A stretch of DNA of 64,000 nt from Actinomycetes bacterium. GTDB lineage: Bacteria > Actinomycetota > Actinomycetes > Actinomycetales > Microbacteriaceae. The position numbers were made by a program, and so were the translations under genes. Positions 1 through 8,714 of this stretch are shown here, in pieces; the first letter of the stretch is position 1; each line of letters opens with the position of its first letter. The notes under the pieces are model-generated. The model was given only the letters and a program-made list of their open reading frames with translations. It was not told where the DNA came from and did no database searches. The DNA lies in NCBI GenBank assembly GCA_029779645.1, contig JAKPAC010000030.1, positions 19,624 to 83,623 of the forward strand, read 5' to 3'.

Positions 1-1
1 G

Positions 2-232
2 CTGCTGCGCCTGATCGAGCAGTCGCGCGAGGCGGCGTGGGAAGACGTCGCCGCCAACATCGCGTCGACGCTCAAGCTCGTGGCGCAGCGCCCCGACCTC
101 GACGACGACTACGAGCAGATGCGCGAGGCGCGCATGGAGGCGCTCCGGCACGTCGACCTCAGCGACCTCGCCGCGCAGCAGAAGAAGCGCGCGAAAGCGG
201 TGCGCAAGGCGGCCCGCAAGGCCGGCGTCTGA
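2..232 (+). CDS. 3' end of a CDS that enters from upstream (77 codons). Function unknown, lysine/arginine-rich C-terminal tail.
   Basis: Frame 2 is open from the window edge to TGA 230-232. Strong G/C bias at third positions. Reads ...LIEQSREAAWEDVAANIASTLK...KKRAKAVRKAARKAGV*. Confidence 0.5.
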   Translation: MLRLIEQSREAAWEDVAANIASTLKLVAQRPDLDDDYEQMREARMEALRHVDLSDLAAQQKKRAKAVRKAARKAGV

Positions 233-311
233 GGCGCGGGCGCGCTCGATTCGCGCGAGCCGCCATTCGTGAGGTAGTCTCTAACTCGGCCTTCACGCGA
301 GTGCAGGCCAT

Positions 312-384
312 GCGCCCGTAGCTCAATGGATAGAGCATCTGACTACGGATCAGAAGGTTAGGGGTTCGAGTCCCTTCGGGCGCA
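312..384 (+). tRNA. tRNA-Arg, anticodon ACG, no encoded CCA
   Basis: Cloverleaf read by eye. Acceptor GCGCCCG/CGGGCGC, D-arm GCTCAATGGATAGAGC, anticodon stem TCTGA/TCAGA with loop CTACGGA (ACG), T-arm AGGGG-TTCGAGT-CCCTT, discriminator A. Confidence 0.9.
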
Positions 385-401
385 CACTGTGTTGAGACAG
401 T

Positions 402-448
402 AAAAAACCCCGATCAGTCCGCAGAAATGTGAACAGGTCGGGGTTTTG
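402..448. terminator. Hairpin with A-tract and T-tract flanks, a possible bidirectional intrinsic terminator after the tRNA
   Basis: AAAACCCCGA (404-413) pairs perfectly with TCGGGGTTTT (438-447). The loop is long at 24 nt. Confidence 0.45.
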
Positions 449-818
449 TCTTACCTGCAAGAAGCGCCGCGTGCGACGTTGCATGCCATCTGCGTGCAAT
501 CTGCGAATCGGAATCGGGTCACGACTCGGGCGCGCCGGAGCCCCGCCTTGAGGGATCGATCAAGTTCTGGCTCCCGCATTCACGTTGCTGGGCGCCCTCG
601 GCGCGACAGGGCTCGCCAACAATCACACGCGGAAGCTCGCCCGGGCGCGCGAGGCGCGCGAAGACCGCGCGCCGAGTTGCGGCCAATGGTCATCGAATTC
701 TTGCGCAGTGGTCGAGCCTGGACACCGTTCGCCGAGACCAGCTTGCCGCAGGCCGCGCGGCAGCGGCGGCGGAGTCGAGGAAAACAGCGGCGATCATCCG
801 TGGTGCTCGTACCCAGGG

Positions 819-1115
819 CTACTCGCGGAGTGCGATGGTGTCGCCGCTCCTGCCGTCCGTCGCGTGCAGCCACCACGTCGTCGTCGCGGCGAGGTGGTTG
901 TACGCGGTGAGCAGGTGCTCGTGCATCTCCTCGTAGCCGATGCCGTAGAACGACAGGCTGACGAGGTTGTGGGGCTCGAACTGCTCGTCGTCGAACGGGA
1001 GCAGCGTCAGCCCGCTGTCGTCGCGCAGCCCAACCTGCGCGAGCGCGGCAAGCACGGCGTCGACGCCGCCTGAGCCGCGAACGTCAAGGAAGTCGGTGTT
1101 CATCGGGTGCTCCAT
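819..1115 (-). CDS. Hypothetical small protein (98 aa)
   Basis: Subset of track ORF 819..1331. ATG at 1115 directly follows AGGA. The upstream part of that ORF is R/P/G-rich and looks non-coding. No family recognised. Confidence 0.5.
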   Translation of the reverse strand: MEHPMNTDFLDVRGSGGVDAVLAALAQVGLRDDSGLTLLPFDDEQFEPHNLVSLSFYGIGYEEMHEHLLTAYNHLAATTTWWLHATDGRSGDTIALRE

Positions 1116-1245
1116 TCCTGGGTTGCCCAACGATATGACCTGCCCCCGTGGGGCAGCAATGTCGCTGGGCGCTCGTTGCGCACACCCACCGCTCGGGCCG
1201 TACGGTTTCGCACGCACGGGCACCGGCCCGCCGATAGGGGTTCGG

Positions 1246-1284
1246 GCCCGCGGATGCCGCCCGCGGATCCCGCCCGCGGAGACC
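1246..1284. repeat. Three tandem 13-bp units (GCCCGCGGATGCC / GCCCGCGGATCCC / GCCCGCGGAGACC) in a divergent promoter region
   Basis: Read directly at 1246-1258, 1259-1271 and 1272-1284. Confidence 0.8.
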
Positions 1285-1342
1285 TCGCGCTCGCGTCGAC
1301 GCCCCCCTGCCGCCGGGCCGTGCGCGGTCATATGCTGACCGC

Positions 1343-2137
1343 ATGATGAGCCAGGTCGGGGATGCGCCGGGCGCCGCCGCGTCGGAGCCGCTCGTCTCGG
1401 TGCGGGGGCTGCGCGTGCGCCGGGGCAGAGTCACGGTGTTCGACGGCCTCGACGTCGAGATCCCGCGCGGGCAGATCACCGGGCTGCTCGGCCCCTCCGG
1501 CTGCGGCAAGACCACGCTGATGCGCTCGATCGTCGGCGTGCAGAAGGTCGCCGGCGGCACGGTGCGCGTGCTGGGGCATCCCGCCGGGTCTGCCGCGCTG
1601 CGCCACCGGGTCGCCTACGACACCCAGAGCGCCTCGGTGTACGGCGACATCACGATCGAGCAGAACCTGCGCTACTTCGCGCGGCTGATCGGGGCGCCGC
1701 GCTCTGACGTCGACCGGGTGCTCGCGCAGGTCGGCCTCACCGAGCAGGCGCGGCAGCGGGCGGATTCGCTCAGCGGCGGGCAGGAGAACCGGGTCTCGCT
1801 CGCGGTCGCGATGCTCGGCAGCCCGGAGCTGCTCGTGCTCGACGAGCCGACGGTGGGGCTCGATCCGCTGCTGCGCTCCGAGCTGTGGCGCGTGTTTCGC
1901 GAGCTCGCCGAAGCCGGCGCCACCCTCATCGTCAGCAGCCACGTCATGGACGAGGCCGCCCGCTGCGACCGCGTGCTGCTGATGCGCGCCGGGCACATCG
2001 TCGCCGACACCACGCCCGCGGGGCTGCTGGCCGAGACGGGGGAGTCGGATCCGGATGCCGCGTTCCTGGCGCTCGTCGAGCGCGACGATCGCGCGCAGCG
2101 CGAGGCGCACGCCCGGCGGCGGAGGGAGCGGTCATGA
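1343..2137 (+). CDS. ABC transporter ATP-binding protein (ABC-2 / DrrA-like exporter ATPase)
   Basis: Walker A GPSGCGKTT, signature LSGGQENRVSLA, Walker B LLVLDEPT. ATGA overlap with the following permease gene. Confidence 0.9.
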   Translation: MMSQVGDAPGAAASEPLVSVRGLRVRRGRVTVFDGLDVEIPRGQITGLLGPSGCGKTTLMRSIVGVQKVAGGTVRVLGHPAGSAALRHRVAYDTQSASVYGDITIEQNLRYFARLIGAPRSDVDRVLAQVGLTEQARQRADSLSGGQENRVSLAVAMLGSPELLVLDEPTVGLDPLLRSELWRVFRELAEAGATLIVSSHVMDEAARCDRVLLMRAGHIVADTTPAGLLAETGESDPDAAFLALVERDDRAQREAHARRRRERS

Positions 2138-2868
2138 ACCTCGGGCGCACGTTCGCCACCGCGGGGCGCGTGCTGCGGCAGCTGAGCCACGACCGTCGCT
2201 CGGTGGCGCTCATGCTGATCGCGCCGAGCCTGCTGGTCGGCCTGTTCGCGTGGCTGTTCGTCGATCAGGAGCAGCTGTTCCAGAACTTCGGGGCGCCGAT
2301 CCTCGCCCTGTTCCCGTTCGTCGTGATGTTTCTGATCACGAGCATCACGACCCTGCGCGAGCGCCGCTCGGGCACGCTCGAGCGCCTCATGACCACCCCG
2401 CTCGGCAAGGGCGACTTCATCGCCGGCTACGCGCTGGCATTCGGCGCCGCAGCCGTGCTGCAGGCGCTCATCACCGTCGGCTTCGCGGTGTGGGTGTGCG
2501 GCCTCACGGTCGACGGACCGCTGTGGCAGCTGGGGCTCGTCGCGGTCATCGACGCGCTGCTGGGCACCGCGCTCGGGCTGCTGGCCAGCGCGTTCGCCCG
2601 CACCGAGTTTCAGGCGGTGCAGTTCATGCCGGTGCTCGTCTTCCCCCAGATGATCCTCGGCGGCGTGTTCATGCCGCGCGACAAGATGCCCGATGTGCTG
2701 CAGGCGATCTCGGACTGGCTGCCGCTGAGCTACGCGATCGACGCCGTGAACGCCGTGACGGCCGGCGACGAGGGGTGGGATGTCTTCGGCCCGGTGCTCA
2801 TCGTGCTCGCGTTCGTGCTCGGCGCGATCGTGCTGGGGGCGGTGACGCTGCGGCGGCGCACCGAGTAG
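2134..2868 (+). CDS. ABC-2 type transporter permease
   Basis: ATG 2134 overlaps the upstream stop (ATGA). 244 aa with about 6 hydrophobic segments. Typical ABC-2 N-terminus MNLGRTFATAGRVLRQLSHDRRS. Confidence 0.85.
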   Translation: MNLGRTFATAGRVLRQLSHDRRSVALMLIAPSLLVGLFAWLFVDQEQLFQNFGAPILALFPFVVMFLITSITTLRERRSGTLERLMTTPLGKGDFIAGYALAFGAAAVLQALITVGFAVWVCGLTVDGPLWQLGLVAVIDALLGTALGLLASAFARTEFQAVQFMPVLVFPQMILGGVFMPRDKMPDVLQAISDWLPLSYAIDAVNAVTAGDEGWDVFGPVLIVLAFVLGAIVLGAVTLRRRTE

Positions 2869-2920
2869 CGGCGCGCAGGCGGCGCGGCCGGCCGCCGAAG
2901 TGCGGCTCGACCGCCGCGCA

Positions 2921-2988
2921 CAGCGCTGCCGTGGGCTCAGCGCTGCCGCGGACTCTAGGCCGCCGCGGGCTCAGCGCTGCCGCGGGCT
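2921..2988. repeat. Four tandem 17-bp units (CAGCGCTGCCG[T/C]GGGCT-like) running into the 3' end of the MarR gene
   Basis: Units at 2921-2937, 2938-2954, 2955-2971 (diverged) and 2972-2988. A related 25-nt string lies at 8707-8731. Confidence 0.75.
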
Positions 2989-3459
2989 GGGCGAGGCAGC
3001 GGGCCCCTCGGACGCGGCCGGGGTCGTGGCATCCCCCTCGCGCAGCCGCGCCGTGAGCGCGAGCAGCTGCGCGAGCTCGTCGTCGCTGAGCACGGCCATG
3101 CGCGCCGCGACCGTGCTCGCGTGCGTGCTCGCGAGCTGGCGGAACGCGCCGGCGCCCGCTGCCGTGGCCGAGACCAGCGCGCCGCGCCCGTCCTGCGGGT
3201 CGACCTGCTTGGTGACGAGGCCGCGCGCGACCATGCGGTCGACCAGGCGCGAGACGCTCGGCTGGCTCACCAGCATGAGGGCGGTCACGTCGCGCAGACG
3301 GGCCGTCATGTTCGGCGCGCGGGTGACGGTGAGGAGCACGTCGTACTCGCTCTGACTCAGCACGGTGGCAACGAAATCGGAGCTGATCTCGGCAAAGATC
3401 TCGTGCTGCGCGCGAAAGAGGCTCTCCCAGGCGGCAACGGCGAGGGCTCGATCGGTCAT
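2971..3459 (-). CDS. MarR family transcriptional regulator
   Basis: 162 aa starting at ATG 3459, inside track ORF 2971..3735. Winged-helix core ...LSQSEYDVLLTV...MTARLRDVTALMLVSQPSVSRLVDRMVARGLVTKQVDPQDGRG. Divergent from the DUF2207 gene. Confidence 0.85.
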   Translation of the reverse strand: MTDRALAVAAWESLFRAQHEIFAEISSDFVATVLSQSEYDVLLTVTRAPNMTARLRDVTALMLVSQPSVSRLVDRMVARGLVTKQVDPQDGRGALVSATAAGAGAFRQLASTHASTVAARMAVLSDDELAQLLALTARLREGDATTPAASEGPAASPSPRQR

Positions 3460-3563
3460 GCTCTCAGGGTAGGCGATGTGCGCTCGCGCTGTGGGGTGCC
3501 CGCGGCTTCGTTGCGACCGGGGCCGGCGCGGCGCCGTTTCGCCGTGCCCCGTACCCTGGCGGG

Positions 3564-5474
3564 ATGAGGTGGATGCGACGCGGGCGGCGAACGCCATGGG
3601 GTGCGGTGCTCGTGGTGCTCGGGCTGCTGGGCGGCGGGCTGCTCGGCGTGGGTGCCATCGGCGAGGGCCTCGGGCCGGCCGTCGCGGCGGAACCCGTGCT
3701 GGCCGAGCGTGCCGCTGCCGAGCCCGTCGCGACATCGCCCGCCGGGCGCGCCGCCGGGCTGCAGGACTTCACCTTCGACAGCCTGCACGTCGACTATGAG
3801 CTGGGCCGCACCGACGACGGCGTCTCGACCCTGCGCGTGACCGAGACGTTCACCGCCCGCTTTCCCGACGCCGACCAGAACCAGGGCATGCGCCGCACGA
3901 TCCCGGCGCGCTATCTCGGCGTGCCGACGCATCCCTCGTTCGTGTCGGTGACCGACGCCTCGGGCGCCCCGCGTCCGGCGGAGGTCGAATCCGACGACGA
4001 CGTGCTCGTGATCACCTCGCGCGGCGACGGATTCGTGCACGGGGTGCAGACCTACGTGTTCACCTACGAGCTCGAGCAGGTCACGCGGTTCTTCGACGAC
4101 ACGGGCGTCGACGAGTTCTACTGGAACGTCAACGGGCTCGACTGGGAGCAGCCCTTCGGCGAGGTGAGTGCCCGCCTCGTCGTGGCGTCCGAGCTCGCCC
4201 CGGCGCTGACCGGCGCGCTGGCCTGCTACCGCGGCGCGCAGGGCGCGACCGAGCTGTGCGCGATCGAGGCCGTGAGCGATGGGGCGGGCGGGGCATCCAT
4301 CATCGATGCGCAGGCGCTCGGCCTCGGCCCGCACCAGACCATGACGATCGCGGTGGGGTTCGAGGCCGGCACGTTCACGCCGTTCGACGCGTCGGCGCTG
4401 GCTTCGCCGTGGGCGTGGATGCTGGGGCTCGGCGCCGCGCTCACTCTCGGCAGCCTCGTGCTGACGGTGTGGATGCGCCGCGCGCGCCTGCGCGATGCGC
4501 CGGGCAGGCCGGTGATCGTCGCCGAGTACGAGCCGCCGCGCGAGGTGGATGCGCTCGAGGCGGCCGTGCTGCTCGGGACGCCGACGCGCGGGATTTCCGC
4601 CGAGGTGCTCGAGCAGGCGATCGTGGGCTCGATCCGCATCGTCGAGGGCGCGCCGCGCAGGTGGCTCGGCCCCACCTTCGAGCTGCACCTGGTCGACCCC
4701 GCGCGCGCCGACGCCGACGGCCTCGCGCTGCTCGACGGGCTGTTCGGGCTCGAGCAGGGGGTCGGGGTGCCCGAGCGCACGGTGTTCGAGCTCGGCAAGA
4801 GCAGCTCGCGCGCGTCGAGCACGGCGGCGGCGATCCTGCGTGCGGCCGATTCGGTGCTGCTGCAGCGCGGGCTTCGTCGCCGGGTGCCGTTCGGCACGCG
4901 CACGTGGCCGATCCTCGTGGCGGTCGCGGCGGGTGCGACCTCGGTCACCGCGGGCGTGCTCGCGCTGGACGGCGGCACCGATGCGCTGCTGCCCGTGCTG
5001 GTGCTCGTGGGCGGGATGCTCGCGTTCGTCATCAGCGTGGTGCTCATGGCGCGCCGCCCGCTCACCGCACTCGGGGCGCAGGTGCGTGATCACCTCAAGG
5101 GGCTCAAGGTGTTCATCGAATGGGCGGAGGCCGATCGCATCCGCATGCTGCAATCGCCCCGCGGCGCCGAGCGCGCGCCGCTCGATCCCGCCGGCGGCGA
5201 TCCCCGTGCCGTCGTTCGCCTCTATGAGCGGCTGCTGCCGTTCGCGGTGGTGTTCGGGCAGGAGAAGGAATGGGCGACGCAGCTCGCGTTCTACTACGGC
5301 GACGCGCAGCCCGGCTGGTACTTCGGCTCGGGCGCGTTCAACGCGGCGGCCTTCTCGTCGAGCATCTCGGCGCTGTCGGCGAGCACGACGTCGTCGGCCT
5401 CGACCTCGGGCGGCTCGTCGGGCGGCGGCTCGGCCGGCGGGGGCGGCGGAGGAGGCGGCGGGGGTGGCGTGTAG
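3564..5474 (+). CDS. DUF2207-family membrane protein
   Basis: 636 aa. N-terminal signal/TM, extracellular domain, central TM cluster and the family-typical Ser/Gly tail ending GGGGGGGGGGGV. Confidence 0.8.
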   Translation: MRWMRRGRRTPWGAVLVVLGLLGGGLLGVGAIGEGLGPAVAAEPVLAERAAAEPVATSPAGRAAGLQDFTFDSLHVDYELGRTDDGVSTLRVTETFTARFPDADQNQGMRRTIPARYLGVPTHPSFVSVTDASGAPRPAEVESDDDVLVITSRGDGFVHGVQTYVFTYELEQVTRFFDDTGVDEFYWNVNGLDWEQPFGEVSARLVVASELAPALTGALACYRGAQGATELCAIEAVSDGAGGASIIDAQALGLGPHQTMTIAVGFEAGTFTPFDASALASPWAWMLGLGAALTLGSLVLTVWMRRARLRDAPGRPVIVAEYEPPREVDALEAAVLLGTPTRGISAEVLEQAIVGSIRIVEGAPRRWLGPTFELHLVDPARADADGLALLDGLFGLEQGVGVPERTVFELGKSSSRASSTAAAILRAADSVLLQRGLRRRVPFGTRTWPILVAVAAGATSVTAGVLALDGGTDALLPVLVLVGGMLAFVISVVLMARRPLTALGAQVRDHLKGLKVFIEWAEADRIRMLQSPRGAERAPLDPAGGDPRAVVRLYERLLPFAVVFGQEKEWATQLAFYYGDAQPGWYFGSGAFNAAAFSSSISALSASTTSSASTSGGSSGGGSAGGGGGGGGGGGV

Positions 5475-5528
5475 CCACCCCGGTGTGCGCTGCGCGGGCT
5501 GAGTCGGGGTGCATCGCAACGGGCAGAC

Positions 5529-5566
5529 GCAAGGGCCGACCGGAGAGGCTTCCGATCGGCCCTTGC
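5529..5566. terminator. GC-rich hairpin between convergent genes
   Basis: GCAAGGGCCGACCGG pairs with CCGATCGGCCCTTGC (15-bp stem, one mismatch, 8-nt loop). No clear U-tract. Confidence 0.45.
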
Positions 5567-5720
5567 TTGCACCAAGAGTGTCCTGCAATCACATGTCCGG
5601 GAGTCGTCACAGCGAAGGACTTCCGACACGATGCACTCTATAACAGTCCGGTAACGAAGGGAAGGGGTTTTCGCGAGGGGATCGAGGGGCTTGCGGGAGC
5701 GCTGGTTCGCGCGTCGACCA

Positions 5721-6190
5721 TCAGCTCGGCGTGCCGCCGATCTCGTCCCGAACCCATTCGTCGCCGCCGGGAAGGCGGTGCCACTGCTGACGCGGCTCGC
5801 TCCACTCATGGGTGACGTCGGTGAGCCAGAGCGTGGAATCCGGGGCCCAGCCCGCGATCACGGTGGCGTACTCGGTGTCGATGTCGATCCCGGCTCTTGC
5901 CAGTACATCGCGCTGTCGACGGATGCACGCAGTCCCGCGCGCGCCGCCACGTCGGTGATCAGGGCCGGATCCAGCCGCGCGGCGATCGCCGCGACATCTG
6001 TCTCGGTGAAGGACGGGTCATCGGCGGCTCCGTCGCCTTCGGCGAAGCGCATGAGGGTCCCAGGATTCGGATCGAGCTCGCGCCCAAGCCAGAACACCGC
6101 CGTCCAGAGGGCGCTGTCTGCCTGCATCGCGGCGCCGAGGCACAGGCGGCGTCCGCGCGGCCCCAGCAGGAGTTCGTCGGCCATCGTCAT
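5721..6190 (-). pseudogene. Hypothetical protein gene interrupted by a 1-nt frameshift. The intact form would be 156 aa.
   Basis: Reading from ATG 6190 runs ...SVDSAMYWQEPG, then hits TGA at 5855-5857. The next frame continues with good codon bias (IDIDTEYATVIAGWAPDSTLWLTDVTHEWSEPRQQWHRLPGGDEWVRDEIGGTPS*) to TGA 5721-5723. The 470-nt span equals 3n+2. Confidence 0.6.
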
Positions 6191-6308
6191 GATGCAGCCA
6201 GCCTGCCCCACATCGCGGGGGCGCGCGAGTAACCGGGCAGAACGCGGGCGCCGTCTCATACACTCGAACGCAGTTCCCTTCAGCGCCGAAGGGAGGCATT
6301 GGAGAGCC

Positions 6309-8699
6309 ATGCGTCGCGTTCGCCGCCCCCTCGTCGCCGTCCTGGCGATGCTCGCCCTGGTCATCGTCCAGGCCGTCGCCGACCCGACGGGGCTGCTCGC
6401 GCTCGTGGGCTGGCCGGGCGGCGCGCTCCGTTTCGATCTCGGGCTCTGGCCCGTGGCATCCACGCTCGTGTTCACCCCGGTGCTGCTGCTGCTCGTGTGG
6501 TGGACGGCCGCGCGCACCGGGCGATTCTGGCTGATGGCATCCGGCATGACGATGGCGGTGCTGCTGGCCCAGGCGGTCGCCGTGCTCGCGATGACGGGCG
6601 ACCTGGCCGTGGCCGGCCCGGCCGCCGCCTATGTGACCGCCAAGGCGGTGCCCGCAGGACTGATCGTCGCGGCCCTGGCGTACTGGCTCGGCGGCGCCCG
6701 CGATCGAACCGCGCCCTCGGCCACCGCCCCCGCCGCGCGCTGGGCGGTGTGGCAGGCCGCGATCTACGCCGCGCTGGCGCCGCTGCTCGCCGGCTGGTGG
6801 TGGACCGGCGCGCCGTACGCGCCCGGCATGCCCGTGGCCCGGCCCGCGGCCGGCGCGCTCTCGGTGCTCGTCGCGATCGTGCCGCTCTGGGGCGCCGTCG
6901 TGCTGATGCTTCGCGTCGTGCGACCTCGGGTGCCCGGGGTGCTCGGCGGGTGGATCGCCGCGATGCTCGCGGGCGGCCTGGTGGGCGTCGTGCAGGCGGT
7001 CGTCGGCGCGTTCGTCGACGGCGGGTTTCGCGGCGACATCTGGCCGCTCATGCTCGCGTACGTCACCGTCGCCGACGGCCTCGCCTCGGGCGCCTGCCTG
7101 GGCTGGATCCTCGGCCTGGTGCTGCTGGCGTTCGATCGCGTGCCGGTCCGCGCTCGCCGCGCGGCGCTGATCTCGGCGACGGCGGTCGTGGCGATCGGCG
7201 CGGTGGTGGTGCCGCTCGTGCTCGCCGGCACGTCCGGATCGGTGGCCGAGGCGCGTGCCGCGGCGCAGGCGGAGGCGGAGGCGGCCGGCGAGATCCCCGC
7301 CGGCTTCCTGCGCGCGCAGGGCGAGCGCATCGCCGATGGCCGCGGCAATCAGGTGCTGCTGCGCGGCGTCAACGTCAACCAGCTCGTCGACTTCTATCAG
7401 CACCGCCCCGACGTGCCGAAGGTGCGCCCGCTCGATGATGCCGACTTCGCCCAGATGGCGAGCTACGGCTTCAACGTCGTGCGGCTGGGCCTGTCGTGGT
7501 CGGCGCTCGAGCCGGTGCAGGGCGAACTCGACGCCGAGTACCTCGCTCGCATCCGCGAGGCCGTGGATGACGCCGCCGCGCACGGCATCTACACGGTGCT
7601 CGACCTGCACCAGGACGGCTGGTGGAACGGGCCCACCGCGGAGGGCACCGCGTGCCGCCCCGGCACCGACCCGATGTGGGGCTTCGACGGCGCACCCGAG
7701 TGGGCGACCATCACCGACGGCGCGCCGCGCTGCCAGTTCACGGGTCGAGACATCTCGCCCGCCGGCGACCGCGCGTTCCAGCACTTCTACTTCAACACCG
7801 ACGGCGTCCGCGACGCCCTCGCCCGCACCTGGGGCGAGCTGGCCGGCGAGTTCGCCGACGAGCCCATGGTCGCCGGCTTCGACCTGTTCAACGAGCCCGG
7901 CTTCGGCGAGACCGCGCCGGCGACCACCTCGCACCTGCTCGGCGCGTTCTACGACGACGCCATCGCGCGCATCCGCGAGGCCGGCGCGCCGCAGATCGTC
8001 TTCATCGAGCCGTCCATCCTCTGGTCGGGTCTGGGCTTCGATGTCGGCCCGCAACCCGGCTTCACCGACGACGCCAACATCGCCTGGTCGCCCCACCTGT
8101 ATGCCGAGTCGATCACGATGGACCGCGACCTCGGCATCCCCGCGATCGTGAGCATCGAGCGGCAGTTCCAGCTCGCCGAGCGCGCCGCCGCCGAGTACGG
8201 CGTGCCGCTGTGGTCGGGCGAGTACGGCTACTGGGGCGACGCAGACGACGTGCGGGCCCGGATGTCGCGCTACGCCGTGGCCGAGGACGAGCGGATGCTC
8301 GGCAGCGCCTACTGGGTGTGGAAGCAGGCGTGCGGCGACCCGCAGAACGGCATCCAAGACATCGGCGACGGCCTGATGATCCAGGACTGCACCGTCGGGG
8401 CGCCCGGCGACGACATCGACGGCGGCACGAAGGCCGACGTGCTCGCGATCCTCGCGCGCGCCTACCCGCAGCGCGCGCCGGGGGCGCTCGCCTCGCTGGC
8501 CGCCGACGGCCCGGCGGTGGCGTTCACCGGCGTCGCACCGGCGCGAAGCTGCGATCTGATCGTCTGGGTGCCCGGCCCGCGGCGCCCGACGCCGGAGGTG
8601 ACCGCGATCACGCAGGTGCAGGCGCGGGCCGTCGACGGCGGCTGGATCGTCACGGGCTGCGCCGAGGGCGAGTACTCGTTCGTGAACGGCGCGCGCTGA
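6309..8699 (+). CDS. Polytopic membrane domain fused to a glycoside hydrolase family 5 (cellulase/endoglycoceramidase-like) domain
   Basis: Start ATG 6309 (GGGAGG upstream), not 5691. About 330 aa with roughly 9-10 hydrophobic helices, then GH5 motifs: VNVNQLV, FNVVRLGLSW, LDLHQDGWW, acid/base FDLFNEPG, nucleophile LWSGEYGYW. Confidence 0.85.
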   Translation: MRRVRRPLVAVLAMLALVIVQAVADPTGLLALVGWPGGALRFDLGLWPVASTLVFTPVLLLLVWWTAARTGRFWLMASGMTMAVLLAQAVAVLAMTGDLAVAGPAAAYVTAKAVPAGLIVAALAYWLGGARDRTAPSATAPAARWAVWQAAIYAALAPLLAGWWWTGAPYAPGMPVARPAAGALSVLVAIVPLWGAVVLMLRVVRPRVPGVLGGWIAAMLAGGLVGVVQAVVGAFVDGGFRGDIWPLMLAYVTVADGLASGACLGWILGLVLLAFDRVPVRARRAALISATAVVAIGAVVVPLVLAGTSGSVAEARAAAQAEAEAAGEIPAGFLRAQGERIADGRGNQVLLRGVNVNQLVDFYQHRPDVPKVRPLDDADFAQMASYGFNVVRLGLSWSALEPVQGELDAEYLARIREAVDDAAAHGIYTVLDLHQDGWWNGPTAEGTACRPGTDPMWGFDGAPEWATITDGAPRCQFTGRDISPAGDRAFQHFYFNTDGVRDALARTWGELAGEFADEPMVAGFDLFNEPGFGETAPATTSHLLGAFYDDAIARIREAGAPQIVFIEPSILWSGLGFDVGPQPGFTDDANIAWSPHLYAESITMDRDLGIPAIVSIERQFQLAERAAAEYGVPLWSGEYGYWGDADDVRARMSRYAVAEDERMLGSAYWVWKQACGDPQNGIQDIGDGLMIQDCTVGAPGDDIDGGTKADVLAILARAYPQRAPGALASLAADGPAVAFTGVAPARSCDLIVWVPGPRRPTPEVTAITQVQARAVDGGWIVTGCAEGEYSFVNGAR

Positions 8700-8710
8700 G
8701 CGCGCGCCGT
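8686..8710. terminator. Perfect 12-bp inverted repeat spanning the GH5 stop codon
   Basis: ACGGCGCGCGCT-G-AGCGCGCGCCGT, read directly. Confidence 0.35.
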
Positions 8711-8714
8711 GGGC

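Noticed and set aside
312-1115. The tRNA-Arg, followed by about 370 bp with no convincing gene and a small orphan ORF, as a possible genomic-island integration site.
   Set aside because: There is no integrase or other mobile gene. I found no direct repeat of the tRNA 3' end downstream by eye. Composition is not clearly foreign.
5425-5474. The poly-Gly/Ser C-terminal tail of the DUF2207 protein as a possible frameshift or low-complexity artefact.
   Set aside because: As far as I recall, Gly-rich tails are a normal feature of DUF2207 proteins. The frame is continuous with good bias up to the stop.
5691-6308. N-terminal 206 codons of the 1002-aa track ORF 5691..8699.
   Set aside because: This stretch is antisense to the well-biased minus-strand gene at 5721..6190 and is compositionally non-coding. 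ATG 6309 has a GGGAGG upstream and begins a credible signal/TM sequence.
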